Assembly (NCBI GenBank): GCA_048940645.1
Contig: JBHLOI010000002.1
Coordinates: 1-64,000, forward strand
Reading direction: 5' to 3'
Source: Promethearchaeota archaeon
Lineage (GTDB): Archaea; Asgardarchaeota; Lokiarchaeia; Sigyniarchaeales; SOKP01
Length of the DNA stretch: 64,000 nucleotides
The notes beneath the pieces were generated by a model that did no database searches, was not told the DNA's origin, and was given only the letters and a program-made list of their open reading frames with translations. This document shows positions 40,981-49,699 of the stretch, piece by piece (position 1 is the stretch's first letter; every line of letters starts with the position of its first letter). Made by a program: the position numbers and the translations under genes.

Positions 40981-42090
40981 CTACTTTTCTATTATTGTTT
41001 CTTTTATTTTTGTACCAAAATGTGTGGCTCCTGGTCCAAGATGAACTAAAATTTCATCTCCTAATTTTATATCTACTACTGATTTTGCATTACCATTTGA
41101 ATCCACTAATCTTATAGTTTCTGCATTTTGACAGATACAACTTAAATGAATCCTCTCATTATTAATAACTGTCTCCAATTTAAATCTTAGCATAGGGCGT
41201 GTTTCTATTTTAACTCTTCCCACAGAGGCAATTCTTCCAATTCCATCAACATTAACAATTAAAACTTTATCTCCCCCTTCTAATTCACTTAGATATTTCG
41301 TTCGGAAATTGAAAGGGTCATCTCCAGGTACTAATATATAGGCAGATACATCCCCCGCATTGACACGAAATGGTCTGGAAGCAACAAACTGCGTTTCAAA
41401 TACTTCTGCATGAACTAAAGCAAAACCTTGAGCAGTACTTCCCACAAGCATACCTTCTCCTTTATATAAGAGAGAAGTAGTATCAACACAGACTCTATCA
41501 CTTTCAGGTAATTTTTGAATATTAATGACTTTTGCTTTATTTAATCCTACTCTAATAGCTGGTTGCATAATTTTCTTTAATTCTGCTAAATCATTCACAT
41601 CCTTTGGAGTTATTAAAATTCCATCAACACCGATTTCAAGTGTTTTTAGCATTAATTCTACTTCTTCAATATTATCTACATTTGCTATCAGTTCAATATC
41701 AGTTGATTGTGTCATAGCAATTAAATTTTCAAATGGAATTATTTTCCAATCAGGAGCAGAAACAATTATAAAATCAACTTTTTTGTTTTTTGATAGTTCT
41801 TTTACTAATATCTCATTTTCCTTTGATTCAATAATTTCATAAAAGCCAATACTTTTTTCTTCGGAATATTTTTTTCCTAACTTTTCTAAATCCTCTTTAG
41901 AATCAAAAATTATATGATCTGTGGATATCTCAGGAAATCTGGAATATATATTAATACGCTCAATATTTTCGAAATATTTAACTGTTTCATTAGATACTAA
42001 AAAATTCAAAAAGTCTTTATTAAAAGCTTCTTGGACTAATTCATTAAATTTATTTATTTCATGCTCAAAATTCAAAATTATTCGTTTCAT
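40981..42090 (-). CDS. 3-dehydroquinate synthase II (archaeal AroB')
   Basis: DWKIIPFENLIA, DRVCVDT, GEGMLVGS, RPFRVNAG, QNAETIRL, HFG..IKETIIEK. Confidence 0.95.
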   Translation of the reverse strand: MKRIILNFEHEINKFNELVQEAFNKDFLNFLVSNETVKYFENIERINIYSRFPEISTDHIIFDSKEDLEKLGKKYSEEKSIGFYEIIESKENEILVKELSKNKKVDFIIVSAPDWKIIPFENLIAMTQSTDIELIANVDNIEEVELMLKTLEIGVDGILITPKDVNDLAELKKIMQPAIRVGLNKAKVINIQKLPESDRVCVDTTSLLYKGEGMLVGSTAQGFALVHAEVFETQFVASRPFRVNAGDVSAYILVPGDDPFNFRTKYLSELEGGDKVLIVNVDGIGRIASVGRVKIETRPMLRFKLETVINNERIHLSCICQNAETIRLVDSNGNAKSVVDIKLGDEILVHLGPGATHFGTKIKETIIEK

Positions 42091-42241
42091 ACACCATCGA
42101 CAAATTCTGGACTCTGAAAGTTTTATTGCTATAAAATTTTTTTTTAATTATATTCTATTAAATTTTTAAGTTAAAAAAATCATATTAATTATAAAAGAGA
42201 TAACATTAAAATAAACTTCTAACGGGAGTTGAAAAAAGCAA

Positions 42242-42892
42242 GTGGGACTGAAGAAAAAATTGTTCCCTCGAAAAAGTAAAGAAAAAGAAGATTTAATTAT
42301 AAAAGCTAAGTCTCATATCCGACAAATTTCTTTAGCAAATAAAACTTATAATCAGAGATCAGAAATAGCAAGAAAGAATGCGAAAATTGCCTTAAAAAGG
42401 GGAGAACGCGAAAGAGCAAAGAATTATTTAATTCAATTTAAACAATATCAGCGAAAGGTGGACCGAGCAAACAATATAAGGGCAAAAATAGAAAGACAAA
42501 TAGAAGCGATAGAGGAAGGACAAATGATTTCAATGACAGGAGATTTGATGGGTGGAATACGAGATGAGTTAGAAACTATTGCCACGAAAGCGTCTCCTAC
42601 TAAGGTCGCTGAGATTGCGGAAGATTCTGAGGCTTATGTTGCCGAAATAGAAGAATCCGCAGAAATTCTTGCGGGTGATCCCGAAATTGACTTGGCGATT
42701 GACGTCACAGATGATTTGAACCAGCTTGAGACCGAAATGTTGTTAGAACAGGGTGGTCAAATGCCAGAAGTTCCGATTGATGATTTGCAATACATTTCTG
42801 AATTAGATATTGAAGAAGAACCAGAAATCAAAACTAAAGCTAAACTAGAAGATGAAATTGAAAAATTAAGAAAAGAATTAGAAGGCGGATAG
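42242..42892 (+). CDS. ESCRT-III / Snf7-family protein (Vps20/32/60-like)
   Basis: Basic helical N-half (AKIALKRGERERAKNYL...QIEAIE), acidic C-half with DDLNQLE, MPEVP and a terminal LEDEIEKLRKEL helix; GTG start. Confidence 0.85.
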   Translation: MGLKKKLFPRKSKEKEDLIIKAKSHIRQISLANKTYNQRSEIARKNAKIALKRGERERAKNYLIQFKQYQRKVDRANNIRAKIERQIEAIEEGQMISMTGDLMGGIRDELETIATKASPTKVAEIAEDSEAYVAEIEESAEILAGDPEIDLAIDVTDDLNQLETEMLLEQGGQMPEVPIDDLQYISELDIEEEPEIKTKAKLEDEIEKLRKELEGG

Positions 42893-42940
42893 AATTTTAT
42901 TGTTCTTCCATTCTTTACTTATCGAAGATTATTGTTAAAA

Positions 42941-45097
42941 TTAACTAAAGTATCTTTTTTTATCAAATTCTCTATTAGATCTCCTTAGAGATTCACTTTC
43001 TCTTATTTCTTCTTCTAAATTTTCGATCTTTCTATCAATTAAATAAATTTCCTTTTGAAGATTTTTAAATGTCCTAAAATAATCAATTTCAGAAATTATC
43101 CCATTATCAAACTTTGAGTCCAATGTTTTTAGAGTTTCTTCAAGGCTATATTTTTCTTTTTCTAATTCGAGCATTTTTTTTCTTTTTATCTTCTCAACTT
43201 TAGATATTCTCTTCTTATGCATATAATTTTCCTGAGATAATGTGTAATCTGGGTTAAATAAATCCGATAAATGATTTTTAGAATATTCCCGATATATTGG
43301 CATCCTATTTTGTTCACTTCTTCTATTATTTAGTTCCATATATAACTCATCGTTAATATTATAATTATATTTATCAATAGGGTTTAATATTGGTGGATTA
43401 TTACGCTGTATTTGTTCTAATTTTCGCATTAAAATGTTTTTTTCATCTAGATCAGCAATATTTCGAATATGTGGATCCTCAAACCTTTCTGAGCGATAAT
43501 TCTGTATTCTGTTTGGATCATAAAAATTTTGGAGAAAGAAGTCATTCTCATTATAATTGGGTGGGAGATATTGCCTTAACGCATTTCCATAATATCTTAT
43601 ATCCCCAGGAGTTTGTATCTGAGAATTTCTTAAATCATAAGGATAAATATTATTCTGATAAAGCGATTGATTTTGAAAATTAGGATTAAAATTTTTATAT
43701 GCTCCTGGAGGTAAAATGGCGGGATTTTGATAAGGGTCAAAATTTTGAGGGTTTCGATTTTGATTTTGATTTTGAACAGAGTTAAATTGGACTTGTTTAA
43801 CAGGATTATATGGATTTTGAATAAAAAGATTATTATTTTTATGCTGGTTATTAAAAGTATTGTTCTGGTGGATAGTATTGTATTTACATTTTAAACTGAA
43901 AAAGGAGTTTATTGCTTCTTCAATATAATTAATTATATCTGAAAAATCTATGTCCATTTCATAAAGATTTTTAGCCGAGTCTTCATCATAGATAACACAC
44001 TCATCAAAGTTTCTAGCTAAGAGGATGTAATCCATAACTTTTGTGAGGACTTTCGGAGGAAGTGTAAATTCATATCTCCCATATTCAAATTCTACATATA
44101 GTTTTTTAAATAGCTTTCCCCTAAGTTTAATTCTAGTTAAATCTTTTACTGGAGCTTTGAAGATTGTTTTTTGTTTTTTCTTAATTTTTCCATACCTTTG
44201 TACGAAAGATAAATCAAAATTTGTTATAAAAAGAATACCTTTATTTTTTTTAAACTTATCATGATTATTTAAGCCATTGGTAAGTTTAGCATAAACTGCA
44301 TATACAGGCTTCTCTTTATCTGCTAGATTAAGATATTTCCTATATGAATTAAAAAGAATATTGATTTTGTCAATAAAGTAGAGATTCTTTTGGATGGGTT
44401 CAACGCTATTAGTTATAGTAATTATATTATTAGTAATAAATTCATTAATAGAGTGGTAATTTGTATTTAAATTTTCAAAAATGCCCTCAATAATCTTTAC
44501 ATTTGAATTTGGTTGAGTATAAATATTAAAAAAATACTCTTTATTAAGAGAAAAATGATGAAAGAGGATGCTAATCTTTTCTAATAAATTTTCCTTAGCA
44601 TAACCAAATAATTTAAACAGAGATAATAGGTCAGATTCCATATTTGGATAATGATGACATCTAATTGGAGGAGCTCTGGCTTTTTCAATTTTTTGTCTTA
44701 ATGTATACAAATTATTAAGGGCATCTCGTAGAGGATCTATAAATGTGCGAGCATTTTTAATAAGATCCAAGAATTTTTTTTCTAATTGTTCCTTTTTTTC
44801 ATAAATATTGATAATTTGATGAGAATGGCATCTAGGACAGGATTTTAATTGTTGGTTTACTAGTTTTACGTTCTCCTTTCCACAATTTTTACAGACTTTC
44901 TTTTTTCCTGAATCTAAAATCTCAATATTTTTTGAGTTACAGTCTTGACATACATAAAAATCATATTTTTCTTCATGTAGGCAATCAGAACAACAACTTG
45001 TGCCACATTCTTCACAGTAATAAGCTAACTTAATATTCCTTTGACAGAAACGACAAATTTGTATGTGTTGGTCTGACATTTTTATGATTTGATCCAA
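42941..45097 (-). CDS. Multidomain protein: Zn fingers, helical region, PH/GRAM-like domain, N/Q/P-rich region and C-terminal Vps23/TSG101-like steadiness box
   Basis: Several CxxC pairs; KGILFITNFDLSF; NQNQNRNPQN; LELEKEKYSLEETLKTLDSKFDNGIISEIDYFRTFKNLQKEIY. Confidence 0.7.
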   Translation of the reverse strand: MDQIIKMSDQHIQICRFCQRNIKLAYYCEECGTSCCSDCLHEEKYDFYVCQDCNSKNIEILDSGKKKVCKNCGKENVKLVNQQLKSCPRCHSHQIINIYEKKEQLEKKFLDLIKNARTFIDPLRDALNNLYTLRQKIEKARAPPIRCHHYPNMESDLLSLFKLFGYAKENLLEKISILFHHFSLNKEYFFNIYTQPNSNVKIIEGIFENLNTNYHSINEFITNNIITITNSVEPIQKNLYFIDKINILFNSYRKYLNLADKEKPVYAVYAKLTNGLNNHDKFKKNKGILFITNFDLSFVQRYGKIKKKQKTIFKAPVKDLTRIKLRGKLFKKLYVEFEYGRYEFTLPPKVLTKVMDYILLARNFDECVIYDEDSAKNLYEMDIDFSDIINYIEEAINSFFSLKCKYNTIHQNNTFNNQHKNNNLFIQNPYNPVKQVQFNSVQNQNQNRNPQNFDPYQNPAILPPGAYKNFNPNFQNQSLYQNNIYPYDLRNSQIQTPGDIRYYGNALRQYLPPNYNENDFFLQNFYDPNRIQNYRSERFEDPHIRNIADLDEKNILMRKLEQIQRNNPPILNPIDKYNYNINDELYMELNNRRSEQNRMPIYREYSKNHLSDLFNPDYTLSQENYMHKKRISKVEKIKRKKMLELEKEKYSLEETLKTLDSKFDNGIISEIDYFRTFKNLQKEIYLIDRKIENLEEEIRESESLRRSNREFDKKRYFS

Positions 45098-45285
45098 CCT
45101 AATTCTGAAAAAATTGATTATTAAAACGCTTTATCATAAATAGTAGATTAAAAATACTACTAAAATAGGTATGATATACTTATAATATTCAAATATTATC
45201 TGTAAAAAGCAAAAATCGAAAATAAGACAAAAACATAGAAAGCTAAAAACTTATCTTTAAATTATTATAGAGAGACTATTTGGGT

Positions 45286-45579
45286 TTATTTTATGATCTT
45301 TACTTTTGTCCCGAGAGCTTGTCCGGGTACACCAGCTTTTTTGAAATGGGCTCTTACAGCTCCATTATTTCCATGAGAGCGGGTAATTTTACCTTTTAAT
45401 TCTTTACCGGTTGAAGTGATCCAAACAATAGTTCTTCCAATTAATTTATTTGCTTCTTTCTTAGTTTGTATATTTGGAAAAACTATTATACAGTGTTTAG
45501 GGTGTACTGTGTGGCGTCCTCTTTTGTAGTTAGAGATTGTCCCTTCCATTCCTAAAATTTCTAATTTATTTGAAGTCAA
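45286..45579 (-). CDS. rpl35ae: 50S ribosomal protein L35Ae
   Basis: GTISNYKRG, GKITRSHGNNGAVRAHF, PGQALG; TTG start. Confidence 0.95.
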   Translation of the reverse strand: MTSNKLEILGMEGTISNYKRGRHTVHPKHCIIVFPNIQTKKEANKLIGRTIVWITSTGKELKGKITRSHGNNGAVRAHFKKAGVPGQALGTKVKIIK

Positions 45580-45711
45580 AAGAATAACCTAATATCTTGA
45601 AATTATTAAGAAGAATTTTTAAAAAAATAAAAAATTTACGTATCTATAGTCTTGTTTTATTTAGTAATAAAAAAGAAATGTTTTTCTACATCAAATTTTT
45701 AATATAATAAA

Positions 45712-47106
45712 GTGAAAGTAGCTTTTAGTAGAGTTGATATTACTCCGAAAGAGTTCATTGGAAAATCAATGGCAGGTTATACTCGGAAAGACCGTTGCCT
45801 TGGAAAACTAGATGATATTCATGCTTATGGTGTATTAATAGGAAATGATTCATTAAATAAAGAATATCTTTTATTAATTTCTATTGATACTCTTAAAATT
45901 CCACTTTCTATAGGAAATTATTGTAAAAATAAAATCATAACTGCATTTCCGGTATTAAAATTGCATAATGTCATCATCCACGCTACTCATACTCACTCTT
46001 CTTTAGATCTTACAGGAGAGTTCTATTGGCCTGGTGGATTTTTCAAGATTGTTAAAGGGATTATGTTTGGAATGAATAGAAATGATAAATTTATCATCTG
46101 GCTTTCTTATAAAATAGTAAATATGGTTAAAAATTTATTTAATAGTCTCGAATCTTGTAAAATAGCATTAAAAAGTAAAACATTTAATTCTAATATTGTT
46201 ATTAATCGAAGACATCCAGAAAGAAAGGTTCAACCAAACTTAATGATTTTGGTGTTTAAAAATTTACAAACAAACCAATTAAAAGGGATACTTATTAATT
46301 ATGCATGTCATCCTACAACACTTTCCTTTAAAAACAATAAATTATCAGCAGATTATCCAGGTAGGATTATATACAGAATAAGTGAATTATCTAATCATAT
46401 AATATCCACTATATATTTTAATGGCCCTTCTGGTGATTTAAATCCAATAACCACATGTGGAATTGATTTTGAAAAATTATCTCAAGATAAAAGTCTTATT
46501 TATGATCAATTAGGAGATTATAATGATACAATAAGGATTGGAAACTCTATAGCAGAAGAGGCATTAAAATTAGCAAAAAATATTCCCGAATCGGACTTTT
46601 TTGATGATATTAAATTTCAAGTCTTTAAACGCAAATTTTTAGTTCCTATGAAGGATTATAAGTATTTCACAAAAACTTGGTTTATTAATAAGCTTTATTT
46701 TTCAATTAAAAAATATTTTATATTAAAATTTAGTAAAGGGAACATACAAAATGCTAATTTCCCGATATTTTTACTAAGACGTCGGAGATTAAAATTATTT
46801 TGTGAATCTTTGGTTCAATTCATTAAGTTAAAAGCCCAATCAGAGATAAACTCAGTTGAGTTTGGTATTATGACAATACCAGGTGAATTATTTGAAGATA
46901 TTGGAAAAAATTTAATTAAAGTGTCACCTACAAAAGATAACACTCTCATTTTTCAAAATTCCCAGGATTGGATTGGATATTTGTTTCCAATAAAAGAATA
47001 TATTCAAGAGGGAGGCTATGAACCAGTACCCAGCTTTAGTCCCTTATGTGGATATTATGTTTTAAAAGAAATGAAGAATTTATTACATAATTTTGGAAAA
47101 TCCTAA
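45712..47106 (+). CDS. Neutral/alkaline ceramidase-like amidohydrolase
   Basis: VDITP, MAGY, HATHTHS, NRR, NYACHPT, SADYPG, PGELF, GGYE. Confidence 0.85.
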   Translation: MKVAFSRVDITPKEFIGKSMAGYTRKDRCLGKLDDIHAYGVLIGNDSLNKEYLLLISIDTLKIPLSIGNYCKNKIITAFPVLKLHNVIIHATHTHSSLDLTGEFYWPGGFFKIVKGIMFGMNRNDKFIIWLSYKIVNMVKNLFNSLESCKIALKSKTFNSNIVINRRHPERKVQPNLMILVFKNLQTNQLKGILINYACHPTTLSFKNNKLSADYPGRIIYRISELSNHIISTIYFNGPSGDLNPITTCGIDFEKLSQDKSLIYDQLGDYNDTIRIGNSIAEEALKLAKNIPESDFFDDIKFQVFKRKFLVPMKDYKYFTKTWFINKLYFSIKKYFILKFSKGNIQNANFPIFLLRRRRLKLFCESLVQFIKLKAQSEINSVEFGIMTIPGELFEDIGKNLIKVSPTKDNTLIFQNSQDWIGYLFPIKEYIQEGGYEPVPSFSPLCGYYVLKEMKNLLHNFGKS

Positions 47107-47110
47107 ATTA

Positions 47111-48313
47111 TTATTTTATTAATTTTTTAATTTTATTCCAAGTTTCTTGATTTAAAGCTATTATTTGATTTATAAATTTGGTATGATTTTTACTACACTC
47201 TTCGTTTTGAAGCTCTCTTACTTTTCTCAAAACATTATTTTCTATAGTTTTAATAGATTTGAAAAAGTTATTTTTTTCAGATTGGTTTAAAAATTTATCA
47301 TAATCTCTTATCAAGGAAGAATATCTAGTCCAAATCCAATCTGGATTTATTTTGGAATATGGACCAGGTTTTAAATACTCTTGACCTAGAATTGGAAACG
47401 TGTATGGTTTATAAATACTTAAGCAAGGAAGAGTTGTTCCCGTAAACCAGTGAATCGTACAATTATTATCTTTTTGTATTTGGGATACTTGTGAACCAGT
47501 TGATTCGAAATCACCATGCATGCATATTCCTGCTTCATGTTCTCTCAAAAATTCCATCATAATAGCAGGATTAATTTTTCCCTTATTCTTTTGTAATAAA
47601 ATTGTTGATTTTCCTCCTCTAGAAAATTGTGAAGGTGTATTTGGTATATTAGATCCAGTAAATGTAGTAGCAAAATCAAAATCATCATCATCTTTACAAT
47701 AACCTTGTTCAATTGCATGTTGAATTATGCCTTTTCTCCTTATATCTCCTTTTCCTCTGATTGAAAGCCAATTTGAAATAGATCTTACACTTTTCACCTT
47801 TTCTACGATCCACCAATCATCAGCAGTTTCTAAAACATAACCTTCATTTGAATCAGCAATCAGAAATGAATTGTGATACATCCAACTAGAATCATCATAA
47901 GCACAACCTCCACCTTGATGATATTTTTCAAGTAATTCAGTTATTATATATAAAGCTTCTTTGGCGGTTTTACCCCTCTCAAGACCCAAGCGGATTAAAT
48001 CCATACCTAATAAGCCAATATGCCGGAGAGGCTCATAAGAATAAACTGCTTCATTTCCAATAACTACATTATATTCATTACATGCCATCTCTGCGCCCCA
48101 TAACCAAAACGGTTGGTTCATAAGTAAAGCATTTGTTTCAGTTACTTGTGGGATAGAGATATATGTACATTTTACCTCTTCACCTTTAGAATATCTCTTC
48201 CTTGGTGCATATGTGATTAACTGAGCTTCATTATTAGGTCTATCACTATTCTTTCCAAAGATTACACTTCCATCTATAGTTGAATTCCCTAATGCTAGTA
48301 GAGTGTCACACAA
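47111..48313 (-). CDS. Secernin / peptidase C69 (Ntn-hydrolase), copy 2
   Basis: N-terminal CDT nucleophile, FGKNSDR, WGAEMACNE, GMDLIRLGLER; TTG start. Confidence 0.92.
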   Translation of the reverse strand: MCDTLLALGNSTIDGSVIFGKNSDRPNNEAQLITYAPRKRYSKGEEVKCTYISIPQVTETNALLMNQPFWLWGAEMACNEYNVVIGNEAVYSYEPLRHIGLLGMDLIRLGLERGKTAKEALYIITELLEKYHQGGGCAYDDSSWMYHNSFLIADSNEGYVLETADDWWIVEKVKSVRSISNWLSIRGKGDIRRKGIIQHAIEQGYCKDDDDFDFATTFTGSNIPNTPSQFSRGGKSTILLQKNKGKINPAIMMEFLREHEAGICMHGDFESTGSQVSQIQKDNNCTIHWFTGTTLPCLSIYKPYTFPILGQEYLKPGPYSKINPDWIWTRYSSLIRDYDKFLNQSEKNNFFKSIKTIENNVLRKVRELQNEECSKNHTKFINQIIALNQETWNKIKKLIK

Positions 48314-49504
48314 CTAAATTATCATCCCTAGAGATTTTTTCCAAGCTTGGTTGTTAATTTGAGAAATTTTCTCGACAAATTCATCTCCTAGAAGTTTATC
48401 CTCTCGATTAAATACATCATAAAATTTTCTAATCAAGTCATTTTCAATTGATCTTAATTCTTTAATATATACATCTCTCTCAACATTTTCTTTTAGAGGA
48501 TTTCTCATAAAAGGTTTTATAAAATCAGCATGTCTAATCCAAAACCAATCTGGATTAATTGCGGGGTAAGATTTAGCTTCTAATACCTTTTGACTTTTAA
48601 TTGGAAAAGTATAGGGTTTATATATACTTAAACATGTTAGAAGACTCCCTGTAAACCAATGAATTGATTTTGATTTACCTTTTCTAAGATGAGACACTTG
48701 TGATCCAGCTGTCATGTCTTTTCTTTTGTGTCTACAAATATTTCCTTCATGATCTCTTAGTAAATTCATCATTAAAGCAGGGGTTATTTGTTTTTTATAT
48801 TGACTTAATTGTCGCATAGAACATTCAATATTACTTGGTAATTTTTGGGGACTTGAGAATGTAATTGCAAAATCAAAATCATCATCGTCTTTACAATAAC
48901 CTTTTTCTACAGCATGATCAATTATTCCTTTCCTTCTTATGTCGCCTCTACCCCTAATCGAAACATCATTGGAAACGGACCGAAAATCTTTTACAATTTC
49001 AACGATCCACCAATCACCTGCAGTTTCCAATAAAAAAGCTTCTTGAGGATCTGCTATTATAAACGAGTTATGATAATTATGTCCTGTTAAACTATGTTCA
49101 CCTCCTTGTCCATACACTTCTAATAGATTGGTAATTATATTTAATGCTTCCTTAGCTGATTTTCCACGTTCAAGACCTAATCTTAAAATATCCATGCCTA
49201 ATAAACCTTCTTCATTTAGAGGTTCTTTTGTCATAATTGCTTCATTTCCAATAGATACTCCATATTCATTTGCACCCATCTCAGCCCCAAACATATAGTA
49301 AGGTTGGCTTAAAATAACAGCAGCAGTTTCTGAAACTTGAGGTATCGAAATATGAGTGCATTTTACATTAACTCCTTTTGAATACTTCATTCTAGGTTTA
49401 TATGTTATTAACTGTGCTTCTGAGGAATTTCTATCACTATTTTTACCAAAAATTACATTTTTATCCTTGGATGATTCAGATAAACATACATAAGTATCGC
49501 ACAT
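48314..49504 (-). CDS. Secernin / peptidase C69 (Ntn-hydrolase), copy 1
   Basis: MCDT, FGKNSDR, GAEMGANE, GMDILRLGLER. Confidence 0.92.
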   Translation of the reverse strand: MCDTYVCLSESSKDKNVIFGKNSDRNSSEAQLITYKPRMKYSKGVNVKCTHISIPQVSETAAVILSQPYYMFGAEMGANEYGVSIGNEAIMTKEPLNEEGLLGMDILRLGLERGKSAKEALNIITNLLEVYGQGGEHSLTGHNYHNSFIIADPQEAFLLETAGDWWIVEIVKDFRSVSNDVSIRGRGDIRRKGIIDHAVEKGYCKDDDDFDFAITFSSPQKLPSNIECSMRQLSQYKKQITPALMMNLLRDHEGNICRHKRKDMTAGSQVSHLRKGKSKSIHWFTGSLLTCLSIYKPYTFPIKSQKVLEAKSYPAINPDWFWIRHADFIKPFMRNPLKENVERDVYIKELRSIENDLIRKFYDVFNREDKLLGDEFVEKISQINNQAWKKSLGMII

Positions 49505-49699
49505 AAAATTATGCCCATATTTATTCGGATTTTAAAATTAAAATGACTAAGATTTTAAAAAAATTTTGATTGTATATTTTATAGCAATCTTCATTTTCAA
49601 TTTATAATAAAATGGAATTTGATAATTAAACTTTTTAATTAACTTTTAATTAGAATAAATTTTTAAGATTTTAGTAGCAATTGAAAGAAAGATCTCACT

